Positions 55,608 through 63,855 of a DNA stretch of 64,000 nucleotides are shown here, piece by piece (position 1 is the first letter of the stretch; each line of letters opens with the position of its first letter). The stretch spans positions 32,001-96,000 of the IMG/VR virus record IMGVR_UViG_3300030109_006161; one strand, given 5' to 3'. The stretch is from a virus. Below the pieces are notes generated by a model. The model was given only the letters and a program-made list of their open reading frames with translations, searched no databases and was not told the origin of the DNA. The translations under genes were made by a program, and so were the position numbers.

Positions 55608-55848
55608 TTTTTATTTCTACCTTTGATAACAACTCTAGATCTTCTCTGTGGAATATGTGTGTATCATCTTTGTCTGCTAGTTTGATGTGGTAGTAATCTC
55701 CCGGACGCTCATAGCCTACCTTTTGTATCTTGTTTTGTTCCGGCACAGAGTATACTAGCTCTATCACAATCGCTAGCCTACCAGTAAAGTATTTCAATGC
55801 TGTCGATGTTATCTTTACTAGATCACCTACATGTAAGATCTTGTCCAT
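55600..55848 (-). CDS. SH3/KOW-like mini-protein
   Basis: LHVGDLVKI...AIVIE...YHI..F...LELLSK. Confidence 0.65.
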   Translation of the reverse strand: MDKILHVGDLVKITSTALKYFTGRLAIVIELVYSVPEQNKIQKVGYERPGDYYHIKLADKDDTHIFHREDLELLSKVEIKNE

Positions 55849-55850
55849 TG

Positions 55851-56051
55851 TTATTGTTCGCTAGCCTTAGATAAAAGCTTGAGCTTGTCTGTTGTCACCC
55901 AAAAGTCTCTAGTACTAGTTTTGATCCGGAAGCGATCTTTGTCTGAGTTGTACTCTACTACTAGTCCTGTTCGAAGGTTAGTAACGTTTAGGTGGTTGTG
56001 TACGAACTGAACTAAATCTCCAACTGCATAGTGTTGTTCTTTTTCACTCAT
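55851..56051 (-). CDS. SH3/KOW-like mini-protein
   Basis: YAVGDLVQF...GLVVE...FRI..W...LKLLSK. Confidence 0.65.
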   Translation of the reverse strand: MSEKEQHYAVGDLVQFVHNHLNVTNLRTGLVVEYNSDKDRFRIKTSTRDFWVTTDKLKLLSKASEQ

Positions 56052-56057
56052 TGTTTT

Positions 56058-56282
56058 TTACTTCCTTTGCAATTGAAGTTCGTGCAGCAGTACACGCTGT
56101 AAGCCTAGCGGCTCTCCAAACAGCACAGCAGCTTCGACCAGAACATCGCTGGCATCATACTGGGAATCTAACTCCTCTCCTGTATCATAGTCATAGAAGC
56201 CGATCATGATGCCTAGTTTGCCGGGAGGTTGCTGCCATGGCTCCCAAACTACTAAATCACCTTTCTTGAAATCTGGCATCAC
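56058..56282 (-). CDS. SH3/KOW-like mini-protein
   Basis: FKKGDLVVW...LGIMI. Confidence 0.6.
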   Translation of the reverse strand: MMPDFKKGDLVVWEPWQQPPGKLGIMIGFYDYDTGEELDSQYDASDVLVEAAVLFGEPLGLQRVLLHELQLQRK

Positions 56283-56467
56283 TATGGTTCATCCTGTATT
56301 TTATATAGATAGTTTTCTTCCCACCACGAAGGCTGGCTGTTTGAGAACTGGACCCTGTATTGATTCCGAGAGCGGGGTATGACTTCCTTGTCCAATACTA
56401 AACCTATCTTGGCATAGTTTACTATACCTGATTCTATTAGGAAAACAATATCTCCTACTTTAAACAT
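56282..56467 (-). CDS. SH3/KOW-like mini-protein
   Basis: FKVGDIVF...GLVL...YRVQF...WW. Confidence 0.65.
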   Translation of the reverse strand: MFKVGDIVFLIESGIVNYAKIGLVLDKEVIPRSRNQYRVQFSNSQPSWWEENYLYKIQDEP

Positions 56468-56738
56468 TATACTCTTTTCCTTTCGAAACGTAAAATCTCA
56501 GAAAATTAGCTACGTGTTGTGAATGCCCTTAGCACACCCCCCAGGGGGAGTCAACCCCTAGGGACTAACATTAGGGGCAGAGAGGGCTGGCAAGGCTGGC
56601 ACACTACAGCAAGCAGTTGCAGTTATGCAAACAAAGCTGGTTATAGCTGTTACTATACTCTATTATATCTTCATTACTTTTATTTTGTTCCCTCAAAATT
56701 TCACATAAAATTCTCTAACTATCGAACATTCTCGGTGA

Positions 56739-57908
56739 TTAGCTGATAGCAATCACACGCTCATTGGTTTGGAAGTAGGGGCGGCTGGCACCCCGCTCAT
56801 CAGTCAGCCACATACGCTGGGCTTTGCAGTTCTTAGGCTTAGGTGCTTCCATATCCGTCAAGATAATAACACCGTCAAAATCTCCACGCTTGTTGACATA
56901 CTCGGTAGGAGCATCAAAGCAGGTACCGCCGCACATCACTCGCTCGGCTGAATGACTCTTGCCTTGCTTCCATTCGTAGACAAGCTTATTATCTACCTGG
57001 GTATCAAAGGGGATGACCGTGAAGCTGGCAAGCTTAGCAAGCTTATTCAGTTCGCCGAAGAAGTTCTCAAGCATCTCAGTACTGACACTACCGGACTGGT
57101 CGATGGCAATAGCGATCTTAGCTTGGCGCTTTACCTTCTTACCTGGGTGGATGTAAGCATAGCGCTTGTTGATCCTGCGGACAGTGCTGGATTTGTTAGC
57201 ACGCTGTGAGGTCTTGATGAAGTACCTTAGTACCTTCTTCCAGTCTACCTTAGTTTCTAATCGCTTTATGATTTCTTTTTTTAGATCCCCTGAAACTGAA
57301 CCCCAACCGTTGGGAGACTTGCTGGCTTCCTTAGCAGCTTCCTTCATCCCCTGTTTGAGTCGCTCCTTAGCCATCTGGTTGGCAGCAGCGGCAGCCTCAT
57401 CACCTTCTTCATCCCAGCCTGAATGGTCATCAAGCTGTCCCGTGCCTGGCTCTCCTTCACCCTCACCACCACACTGATCGACCTGATCGTCCGTGATGTT
57501 CTTCAAGTACCACTCGGCACTCTTGAGCTTAGGCAGATCCTCAAAGGGACCAACACCTGGCATACATGCTAGCTCTGGCAGTTCGCCAACTAAGTGGCTG
57601 TTGATAGCCAGGTCAGCAGCAATGTTCCACGTCTTGTGTGGTACACCTTCAGGCTTACGGCTGGTAACATGCTCGAAGATCAGGTGGTAGAACTCATGCT
57701 TGAGTACACCCTTGATGTGATCCTCTGGCAAGCTGGCAAAGAACTCAGGGTTGTAGATCATTTCGAACTGAGCGGTATCAGGGCATACCCGAACACCAGC
57801 AGTTGCGATGCTGCGATCCTCACGCTTTTCTAACTTACGGCTGAGAGCAGCAAAGAACGGCTCGTCCATCAGCAGTCTGTAAGCATGTAGTTTTAGATCA
57901 AAACTCAT
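56739..57908 (-). CDS. DUF2201-type metallopeptidase fused to a vWA domain
   Basis: HEFYH, NIAADLAIN, DQSGS MIDAS, GGTCF, LTD. Confidence 0.9.
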   Translation of the reverse strand: MSFDLKLHAYRLLMDEPFFAALSRKLEKREDRSIATAGVRVCPDTAQFEMIYNPEFFASLPEDHIKGVLKHEFYHLIFEHVTSRKPEGVPHKTWNIAADLAINSHLVGELPELACMPGVGPFEDLPKLKSAEWYLKNITDDQVDQCGGEGEGEPGTGQLDDHSGWDEEGDEAAAAANQMAKERLKQGMKEAAKEASKSPNGWGSVSGDLKKEIIKRLETKVDWKKVLRYFIKTSQRANKSSTVRRINKRYAYIHPGKKVKRQAKIAIAIDQSGSVSTEMLENFFGELNKLAKLASFTVIPFDTQVDNKLVYEWKQGKSHSAERVMCGGTCFDAPTEYVNKRGDFDGVIILTDMEAPKPKNCKAQRMWLTDERGASRPYFQTNERVIAIS

Positions 57909-57915
57909 TACTTCT

Positions 57916-57958
57916 CTCCCTTACATATGTATACTACCACGGTATAGTATTCTGTCAA
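57916..57958 (-). promoter_or_regulatory. Early sigma70 promoter-leader cassette
   Basis: TTGACA-16-TAGTAT A cata TGTAAGGGAG. Confidence 0.82.
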
Positions 57959-57982
57959 CTTTTTATTTATCCCCACAAAAAC

Positions 57983-58004
57983 AAAAGCCCAGCCGAAGCT
58001 GAGC
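57983..58004 (-). terminator. Rho-independent terminator
   Basis: GCTCAGC-TTCG-GCTGGGC followed by TTTT. Confidence 0.8.
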
Positions 58005-58039
58005 CCTTGCCGATCTCAAAGGAACCGGTGTAAGAGAGA

Positions 58040-59083
58040 TTAGGCTCCCAAGATCTTACTCAAGTGGCTGCCGACAATGCCATCATTAGCAGAGTGGAAT
58101 TTGATGACGTTTTCTTGTACGCCGCCAGTTGAGAGTACCGACCAAAGCTTCATAGCAGCTTCGGAGGGCAGGCTAACGAAGTAGCTAGCAAGGTTATTGA
58201 TGTGATCGTCGCTGATCTCTGCTTTGCAGACGTCTTCTGCTTCGAGCTTCTCGATCATGGCACAGTGCTCGTTGAGCGACATGGCAGCCAGAGCGTCAAC
58301 ACGCTCGCCATTGAGAAGCTGATCGACCGTGACAACTCGCTCGTAGTTCTTAGCGAAGTCGTTGAGAGCGACAGCAGCTTCGAAGCCGACGAAGGACTGA
58401 GCCAGGGAGAACATCATGGGGCTAGCTTCTTCCAAGTAGCCAGCACCGTCAAGCACATCGTTCAGCCGCTTCCAGCTACGACGGCTGGGATAGCGCTTGT
58501 TAGGCTCGATGTCACCGTTGTGCTCTAAGTGGCTGCGGTTCTGGTTGATGAAGTCCCACACAAGGCTATCAACATTATCTTTACCCCAGGCTAACCAATC
58601 TTCAACCGTGGGTTCGATGTCCCAAACACTCCAGCGATCCAGTTCAGCAGGATCCATTTCATTGACTTGGTATTGTTCCCCATGCTCTCCGCCGTTGATG
58701 GCAGCGAACACTACGGTATCTTCATGGAGATGATGACCATTGAGCTTACGGCTGTCCGTGAGTTCGAAAATGCCTTGTCGTACTTCTAGCGTAGCACGAT
58801 CAACCTCATCCAAGAAGAGTACCGAGGGCTCCTCACAAGCTTCCTTGAACCAATCGGGAGGATTGAAGCTCGTGCGGTTGCCGTCAATGCTGGGAAGACC
58901 GACAAGATCGCCTTCCGTCATTTGGCTGGCACGCCGTTCGATAACGGGCAGTCCCATTGCAGCAGCAAGCTGATAAACAACTTGGCTCTTGCCAATACCG
59001 TGACGACCACGGAGAAGAACTGGAAGCTTGGCAGCGCTGACGGCTGGTGCAAGCTTGACAAAGGTTTTGAAGTCCACACTCAT
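58040..59083 (-). CDS. MoxR-like AAA+ ATPase
   Basis: GRHGIGKS, DLVGLP, LFLDEVDRA, AAIN, DPAELDR, RSW. Confidence 0.92.
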   Translation of the reverse strand: MSVDFKTFVKLAPAVSAAKLPVLLRGRHGIGKSQVVYQLAAAMGLPVIERRASQMTEGDLVGLPSIDGNRTSFNPPDWFKEACEEPSVLFLDEVDRATLEVRQGIFELTDSRKLNGHHLHEDTVVFAAINGGEHGEQYQVNEMDPAELDRWSVWDIEPTVEDWLAWGKDNVDSLVWDFINQNRSHLEHNGDIEPNKRYPSRRSWKRLNDVLDGAGYLEEASPMMFSLAQSFVGFEAAVALNDFAKNYERVVTVDQLLNGERVDALAAMSLNEHCAMIEKLEAEDVCKAEISDDHINNLASYFVSLPSEAAMKLWSVLSTGGVQENVIKFHSANDGIVGSHLSKILGA

Positions 59084-59092
59084 GTTATCTCT

Positions 59093-59135
59093 CTCCCTTA
59101 CACTAGTATATTACCACCGATACACTACCTGTCAA
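59093..59135 (-). promoter_or_regulatory. Early sigma70 promoter-leader cassette
   Basis: TTGACA-16-TAATAT A ctag TGTAAGGGAG. Confidence 0.82.
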
Positions 59136-59442
59136 CTTTTAAATGCACTTTATTTAGTTTTATTTGCCCTATAAACTCTGCCTGCCTCATGATATAATGG
59201 TAGGATGCCTGCTTATATTAGTCCTTTACAATATGTATATTACTATGTATTTGACACTCAGAGACAATCACTTCCAAATGCAGCCAAAGGCTGGCAATGC
59301 TGTAAAACGTTGTAATAACTCACATTCTCTTTTATTCTAACTATAATTTACAGTCACTTCAATGGGTTGTGTGTACCGTGCAATAATTGCAGTGTATTAT
59401 GCAGTTTATGCAGCAGCAATCTGCAACAGGCTGAAAAGGCTA

Positions 59443-59916
59443 TCAGAACTTGATCTTCTTATCATCGGCAGACTCAATATAATCCTCAATAGAACCACTG
59501 AACTGGCTGGCACCCTCAAGCAGATCGTAGATAGATAAAGTGTCTTCTGTGCTCTCTGGGTCTACATGTATCTTACCTGAGAATATTCTTGATATTGTAC
59601 TAGGGCTGATCTTCATATTGAAGAACCTTTTACTAAATGATTTAGCTATTTCTCTTGTGCTAAACTTACCTTGTTGTTCTCTTATCCAGTCTACATGTAG
59701 TTTCGTTAGTTTGTGTGATTTTTGTCTTCTTTTTTTGGCTCGCCTTGCATTTTGATCTCGTAGATTAGACAGAGTACAGGTTCGGCATCTCGGCTTGTAG
59801 CCATCCTTGGTGACACCAGCAGTGTGCTTATAATATTCCGAGACGGGTTGGACTCGCTCACACTTGGTACACTGTTTGACCCAATCGCCGTTCTCGTTGA
59901 AAAAAGCAGCAGGCAT
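59443..59916 (-). CDS. Zinc-finger plus HTH DNA-binding protein
   Basis: CTKC...CRTC, then STREIAK...ISPSTISRI. Confidence 0.65.
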   Translation of the reverse strand: MPAAFFNENGDWVKQCTKCERVQPVSEYYKHTAGVTKDGYKPRCRTCTLSNLRDQNARRAKKRRQKSHKLTKLHVDWIREQQGKFSTREIAKSFSKRFFNMKISPSTISRIFSGKIHVDPESTEDTLSIYDLLEGASQFSGSIEDYIESADDKKIKF

Positions 59917-60128
59917 GACTCAAACCTCTTCCCGCAAAGCATCAAAGGCAGAGTACAATGCTATCGGAATACACATCACTAAAAGCTTGAATAAGTTCTT
60001 CATCAGTCTCGGTGTTCATTGTTATCTTCTTTGAGCTTCTCAATAAGCAGATCAAGGAATTCCATGGTAAGCTTAGCTGTAAAGAATCCACCCACAGCAA
60101 CAGCAATAAGTAAAAGTACTATCTGCAT

Positions 60129-60548
60129 CTAAAACTCCTCGCAGTGAATCTCGTCAGGATTACAACTCACGGGAGGATTCCAGAAGTCATGGTATACTTG
60201 TCGCCATGCAGAATGTGGTTTTACCTCCATGGTTTGTAAGTGTGACATCAAATCATGATCTCGTGGTACACCGAAGACGAACTTACATAAATTAAGCCGG
60301 CGCTTGATGTCTTCCTTCACTTTAGGATTTTCTTCTTTACGATCCGCAAAGACCATCATCATACAATAGCGGTTAAACTCTTCCATCTCTTTTAATCGCA
60401 CATCGAGACGCTCACAACAAGCTTCCTGATTTGTATAAACTTTGGCACGGACAGCACAACCGGAGGAGGCTAGCAACAACACGAGTAGACTTGCTACTAT
60501 ACCTCCCAATGTTACCCACTCAACCATGGTAAAGTTTTTATAATTCAT
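60129..60548 (-). CDS. Hypothetical lipoprotein
   Basis: Hydrophobic helix followed by SSGC; AAGGAG SD. Confidence 0.6.
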   Translation of the reverse strand: MNYKNFTMVEWVTLGGIVASLLVLLLASSGCAVRAKVYTNQEACCERLDVRLKEMEEFNRYCMMMVFADRKEENPKVKEDIKRRLNLCKFVFGVPRDHDLMSHLQTMEVKPHSAWRQVYHDFWNPPVSCNPDEIHCEEF

Positions 60549-60549
60549 C

Positions 60550-61056
60550 TTAGTCTCCTTCACTATCTGGGACAATATATAGTTCTTTACAGGATTCACC
60601 GAATCTACCGATTGGATCCCAGATCATCTCATCAACCTCGTCCACCTCATCTCGTTCATACATCTCGCTGATGACGCTTGCATCGACATCTAGCAACACT
60701 TCATCGTGAAGCAGATCTTTATTCATTACTGCGTAGCCGTGGACGTAGCTTTCGTATGAGTTAACCATGGCGGCGAGGATTAGCTTGTCTTCAAAATATT
60801 GAGTTGTGCTACAACCTCGCAACCAATCAACAGGAGCCTCCCACTTGGTTCGACATATGAATGACAGTTCGTCAGTTCGTCGGTCGTGTTCTAAATCCTC
60901 CAGTTCAATATAAGCGGTCGAGCCCCACTCTCTCTTGAAAGGAACCACGTCTTCAAAAAACTGTTCGCTGTCGATTGCAACATTTTCACTTAGCTCCTGA
61001 AACTCGGCGCTGGTAAAGTTGTGTACTGTTACATACGTTAGGGTACCCTTAGACAT
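60550..61056 (-). CDS. Hypothetical acidic protein, DUF1281/YubB-like
   Basis: WG...F.C.TKWEAP motif. Confidence 0.5.
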   Translation of the reverse strand: MSKGTLTYVTVHNFTSAEFQELSENVAIDSEQFFEDVVPFKREWGSTAYIELEDLEHDRRTDELSFICRTKWEAPVDWLRGCSTTQYFEDKLILAAMVNSYESYVHGYAVMNKDLLHDEVLLDVDASVISEMYERDEVDEVDEMIWDPIGRFGESCKELYIVPDSEGD

Positions 61057-61813
61057 ATAAAATTTCTCCTTGATCCTTTGAAAGTTTCTTTAGTCTTTCC
61101 AATGATTTATCTACATATTCTTTATTGAACTCACAGCCAACAAAGTTCCTATTCAAGTTATCGCAAGCGATCATGGTCGAGCCGGCACCGCTGAAACAAT
61201 CCAACACAACATCACCAGGTTGAGTATGAGCTTTGATGATCCGCTCCAAAAGAGCAATCGGTTTCTGGGTCGAGTGCCAGCCGGCATACTCTTTGCTCGT
61301 CGTGTGATTATTCTTAGTCCACACATCGGTTGGGATCTTGCCTAAAGGATTGTTCTGAGCGGTTGTTCGAATATTCTTCTTCATTTTATAAGGCACCCTT
61401 ACATCATCAGCATTGAACATAAAGTCTTTGCCCTTAGAGTACATCAAGATGTCCTCATGCTTGCGGGGGAACTTCTTTTTAGTTCTTCCGCCCCAATCAT
61501 AAGCCCAGATGATCCAGTTTTGATATCGAGCACCGGGAATATTATTTAGAACATTCAGTTTATATTTTAGGAAAGTGTCAGACTTTGTAGTGCCCCAAAC
61601 ATAAAAACAGGAGTCATCTTTCATCACCCGAAAACACTCTTCGGTCCACTCTTTACACCAGCTAAGATATTCTTGTTCTGAAGCCCACTGATTATCCCAG
61701 TCGTCTCGAACAATCTCAAAATATGGAGGATCGACCACAACGAGGTCAACAGAGTTATCATCCAGTGTTTTTAAATACTTCAAGCAGTCAGCGTGCTTTA
61801 GCTCAAGCGTCAT
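61049..61813 (-). CDS. DNA amino-methyltransferase (N6A/N4C, beta class)
   Basis: DPPY, H.TQKP, VLDCFSGAGST; no cognate endonuclease adjacent. Confidence 0.93.
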   Translation of the reverse strand: MTLELKHADCLKYLKTLDDNSVDLVVVDPPYFEIVRDDWDNQWASEQEYLSWCKEWTEECFRVMKDDSCFYVWGTTKSDTFLKYKLNVLNNIPGARYQNWIIWAYDWGGRTKKKFPRKHEDILMYSKGKDFMFNADDVRVPYKMKKNIRTTAQNNPLGKIPTDVWTKNNHTTSKEYAGWHSTQKPIALLERIIKAHTQPGDVVLDCFSGAGSTMIACDNLNRNFVGCEFNKEYVDKSLERLKKLSKDQGEILYV

Positions 61814-62063
61814 CTTCCCTCACAATCAGTTCAACATCAGTAGTTTCGGTATCCATCTCAATCCATACTCTGGCTCCACAACTCAGTGGTTTGTGGGGGC
61901 TATAGATGACCCTACCTAATTCTACACCATCTTTTGTTTTGATTATAGCCTCATGAGCGTAGTTATTTTCTTTATATGTTTTTACCGTCAAGACAGGTTC
62001 ATCAGTACCCTGCTTGGTATTACGTTTGATGACGTGCTGGTTGACGTGGATGATTTTCTTCAT
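61803..62063 (-). CDS. Conserved phage hypothetical protein
   Basis: MKKIIHVNQHVI...VIYSP.KPLSCGARVWIE; AGGAG SD. Confidence 0.7.
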   Translation of the reverse strand: MKKIIHVNQHVIKRNTKQGTDEPVLTVKTYKENNYAHEAIIKTKDGVELGRVIYSPHKPLSCGARVWIEMDTETTDVELIVREDDA

Positions 62064-62239
62064 TACGCATCTCCTATCTCTTGCCAGAATATTGGTCGGC
62101 TCCACTGAACTCCAGAGCCAGGATCCCAAAAGGCTTCTTCTTTAAGTAGTAGGTCGTAAGCCGATACACTCAACGGAGACAGCGCTGCCCAAGCCTCCGT
62201 GATGCGATCGATACGTGCGATTAGCTCTTGATTTTCCAT
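62063..62239 (-). CDS. Small hypothetical protein (58 aa)
   Basis: Manual ORF MENQELIARID...; TAAGGAG SD; TAATG-coupled. Confidence 0.6.
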   Translation of the reverse strand: MENQELIARIDRITEAWAALSPLSVSAYDLLLKEEAFWDPGSGVQWSRPIFWQEIGDA

Positions 62240-62250
62240 AGCTTTTCTCC

Positions 62251-63159
62251 TTACGCTACGATGAGTTCGCTACCAACTTCTTTGATAGCTTTGATGACTT
62301 TGTTGCCGAATCGCTTGCTCATCCACTTGCTACCCCACATGTAGACCGGCATACTGACGGGGAACTTGCTGTCACCCTCGTAGCCGTCAAGGTTCACACT
62401 GGAGCCATGAACAGGACAGAGCAGCTTGAACGAGTCGTGAGTGCCAGCAAAATAATTACTCTGCTGTTTAATGTTTCGTGGCGTTGCCACGCTGCGAGTG
62501 CGACCTTCGTGGTCTTTGATGATAATGGCCTTGCCGCCACGGAAGAGCCAATACTCAAGCACATTGCCTAAGCCGCTGCTCTCTTTAGGATCCTGATGAC
62601 CGACCTGCGACCAATCAATGCCCTGAACCAGTCCGACCATATCAGTATATTCTCTGGTGTTATAGTCAAAATCACGATACTGGATTAGAGCGCCGGGAAC
62701 AACACCAGCAGCTTCAAAGCTCATCCGAGCAACCCGGTGAGCCAGAGCTTTCATCGCTCGGCACTCACGCTCGTGAGCTTCCTTAGCGGGGCAGTTGCGG
62801 CGGTTGTGACCATACTCGCCGCAGAAGCTACATTGGCGTTTTGCGCCACGCTCTTTACGTCGGGCACGAGCAGCAAGACGCTCGCCGTGCTCTTGAAAGC
62901 GGCTGCCGTCCCAGTTGCTGATGTACTCGCCATCATCAATGTGGTGAACTTCGTAGTAGTCGCTGACACCGTGGGCTGCCTTCTGCTTTTCTTGAAGGGG
63001 CTCAAGCCAGCTACTGCGCCAAGCTTCGGGATCAGGCTCAATGCCATACTTAGCACAGACCTTGAGGACCTTCTCATAAGAAGCTTTGATGGCAGGACAG
63101 CCACGACGATTGTGACCGTATTGACCGCAAGCAGAACATTGATTAGTGCGATAACCCAT
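62251..63159 (-). CDS. Early protein with two CCHC zinc knuckles
   Basis: CSACGQYGHNRRGC and CSFCGEYGHNRRNC. Confidence 0.75.
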   Translation of the reverse strand: MGYRTNQCSACGQYGHNRRGCPAIKASYEKVLKVCAKYGIEPDPEAWRSSWLEPLQEKQKAAHGVSDYYEVHHIDDGEYISNWDGSRFQEHGERLAARARRKERGAKRQCSFCGEYGHNRRNCPAKEAHERECRAMKALAHRVARMSFEAAGVVPGALIQYRDFDYNTREYTDMVGLVQGIDWSQVGHQDPKESSGLGNVLEYWLFRGGKAIIIKDHEGRTRSVATPRNIKQQSNYFAGTHDSFKLLCPVHGSSVNLDGYEGDSKFPVSMPVYMWGSKWMSKRFGNKVIKAIKEVGSELIVA

Positions 63160-63167
63160 AACAGTAT

Positions 63168-63209
63168 CTCCCTTACATCTTATATTACTACGGATTGGGA
63201 GTACGTCAA
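63168..63209 (-). promoter_or_regulatory. Early sigma70 promoter-leader cassette
   Basis: TTGACG-16-TAATAT A aga TGTAAGGGAG. Confidence 0.8.
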
Positions 63210-63229
63210 GTTTTAATTCGGTTTTATTT

Positions 63230-63517
63230 TTATAATCCGCCGAAATCTCGCATTAAATCGATGTACCATTCGTCAAAAGTGTTTTTGGTTTGCTGCTTTT
63301 TGCGGCGTTCTTTTTTGTAGTTAAACTTTGGAACCCAGCCCATTCGGTACATCACTGAGCGAAGAACTCGTGGGTCCTCTTTCTTAAGTTGTTGTACGAT
63401 TCTATGGGCTCGGCGACTAACCTGATTGTTGGATAGTCCACGCTTAGCAAATGCAGTAGGGGCTGCCAACTCTAATCCTAAAAGCACCACAAACAGTACA
63501 AAAAGTAACCTAGTCAT
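63230..63517 (-). CDS. Hypothetical secreted basic protein
   Basis: Signal peptide ending AFA. Confidence 0.55.
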   Translation of the reverse strand: MTRLLFVLFVVLLGLELAAPTAFAKRGLSNNQVSRRAHRIVQQLKKEDPRVLRSVMYRMGWVPKFNYKKERRKKQQTKNTFDEWYIDLMRDFGGL

Positions 63518-63855
63518 AGGTCTCTCCCTTCATTAGCGCCAGGCAATGCTTTTTCAATCTTCAAGCCGTAGAGAGCAGTATTTGGCACCACTAGTTTTCG
63601 ATCAGTTTCGAGCATATGAAAAACCGTTTTAGTAGGAGTTTGGCGAATGATTCGAGCCTTCTTGTTTCCACTGATCCATACAATATCATCAACATCAAAA
63701 TCAGAACCAAACATAAACCTTAAACCGGCGGCATAGTTAGTTACAAAGTCTCTAAACAAAAACGTAACAAAAGCGATCAGGAACAGGATGCCGTAACCAC
63801 CCACAAGATGCTCTGCTAGTTTAACTAATTCTTCAGCCAACCCTTCGTGATTCAT
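63514..63855 (-). CDS. Truncated MscS-like mechanosensitive channel domain protein
   Basis: TM followed by NYAAGL.F...FDVDD.V...T.F...LVVPN. Confidence 0.6.
   Translation of the reverse strand: MNHEGLAEELVKLAEHLVGGYGILFLIAFVTFLFRDFVTNYAAGLRFMFGSDFDVDDIVWISGNKKARIIRQTPTKTVFHMLETDRKLVVPNTALYGLKIEKALPGANEGRDL

Noticed and set aside
59443-59916. Homing endonuclease
   Set aside because: Has the zinc-finger N-terminus but no HNH, EndoVII or GIY-YIG catalytic motif
61049-61813. Restriction-modification system
   Set aside because: No adjacent endonuclease; an orphan methyltransferase is ordinary in phages
1095-63216. Numerous short plus-strand and nested ORFs in the track (e.g. 19982-20479, 51532-51960, 62737-63216)
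   Set aside because: They lie inside or antisense to well-supported genes and lack motifs or ribosome-binding sites
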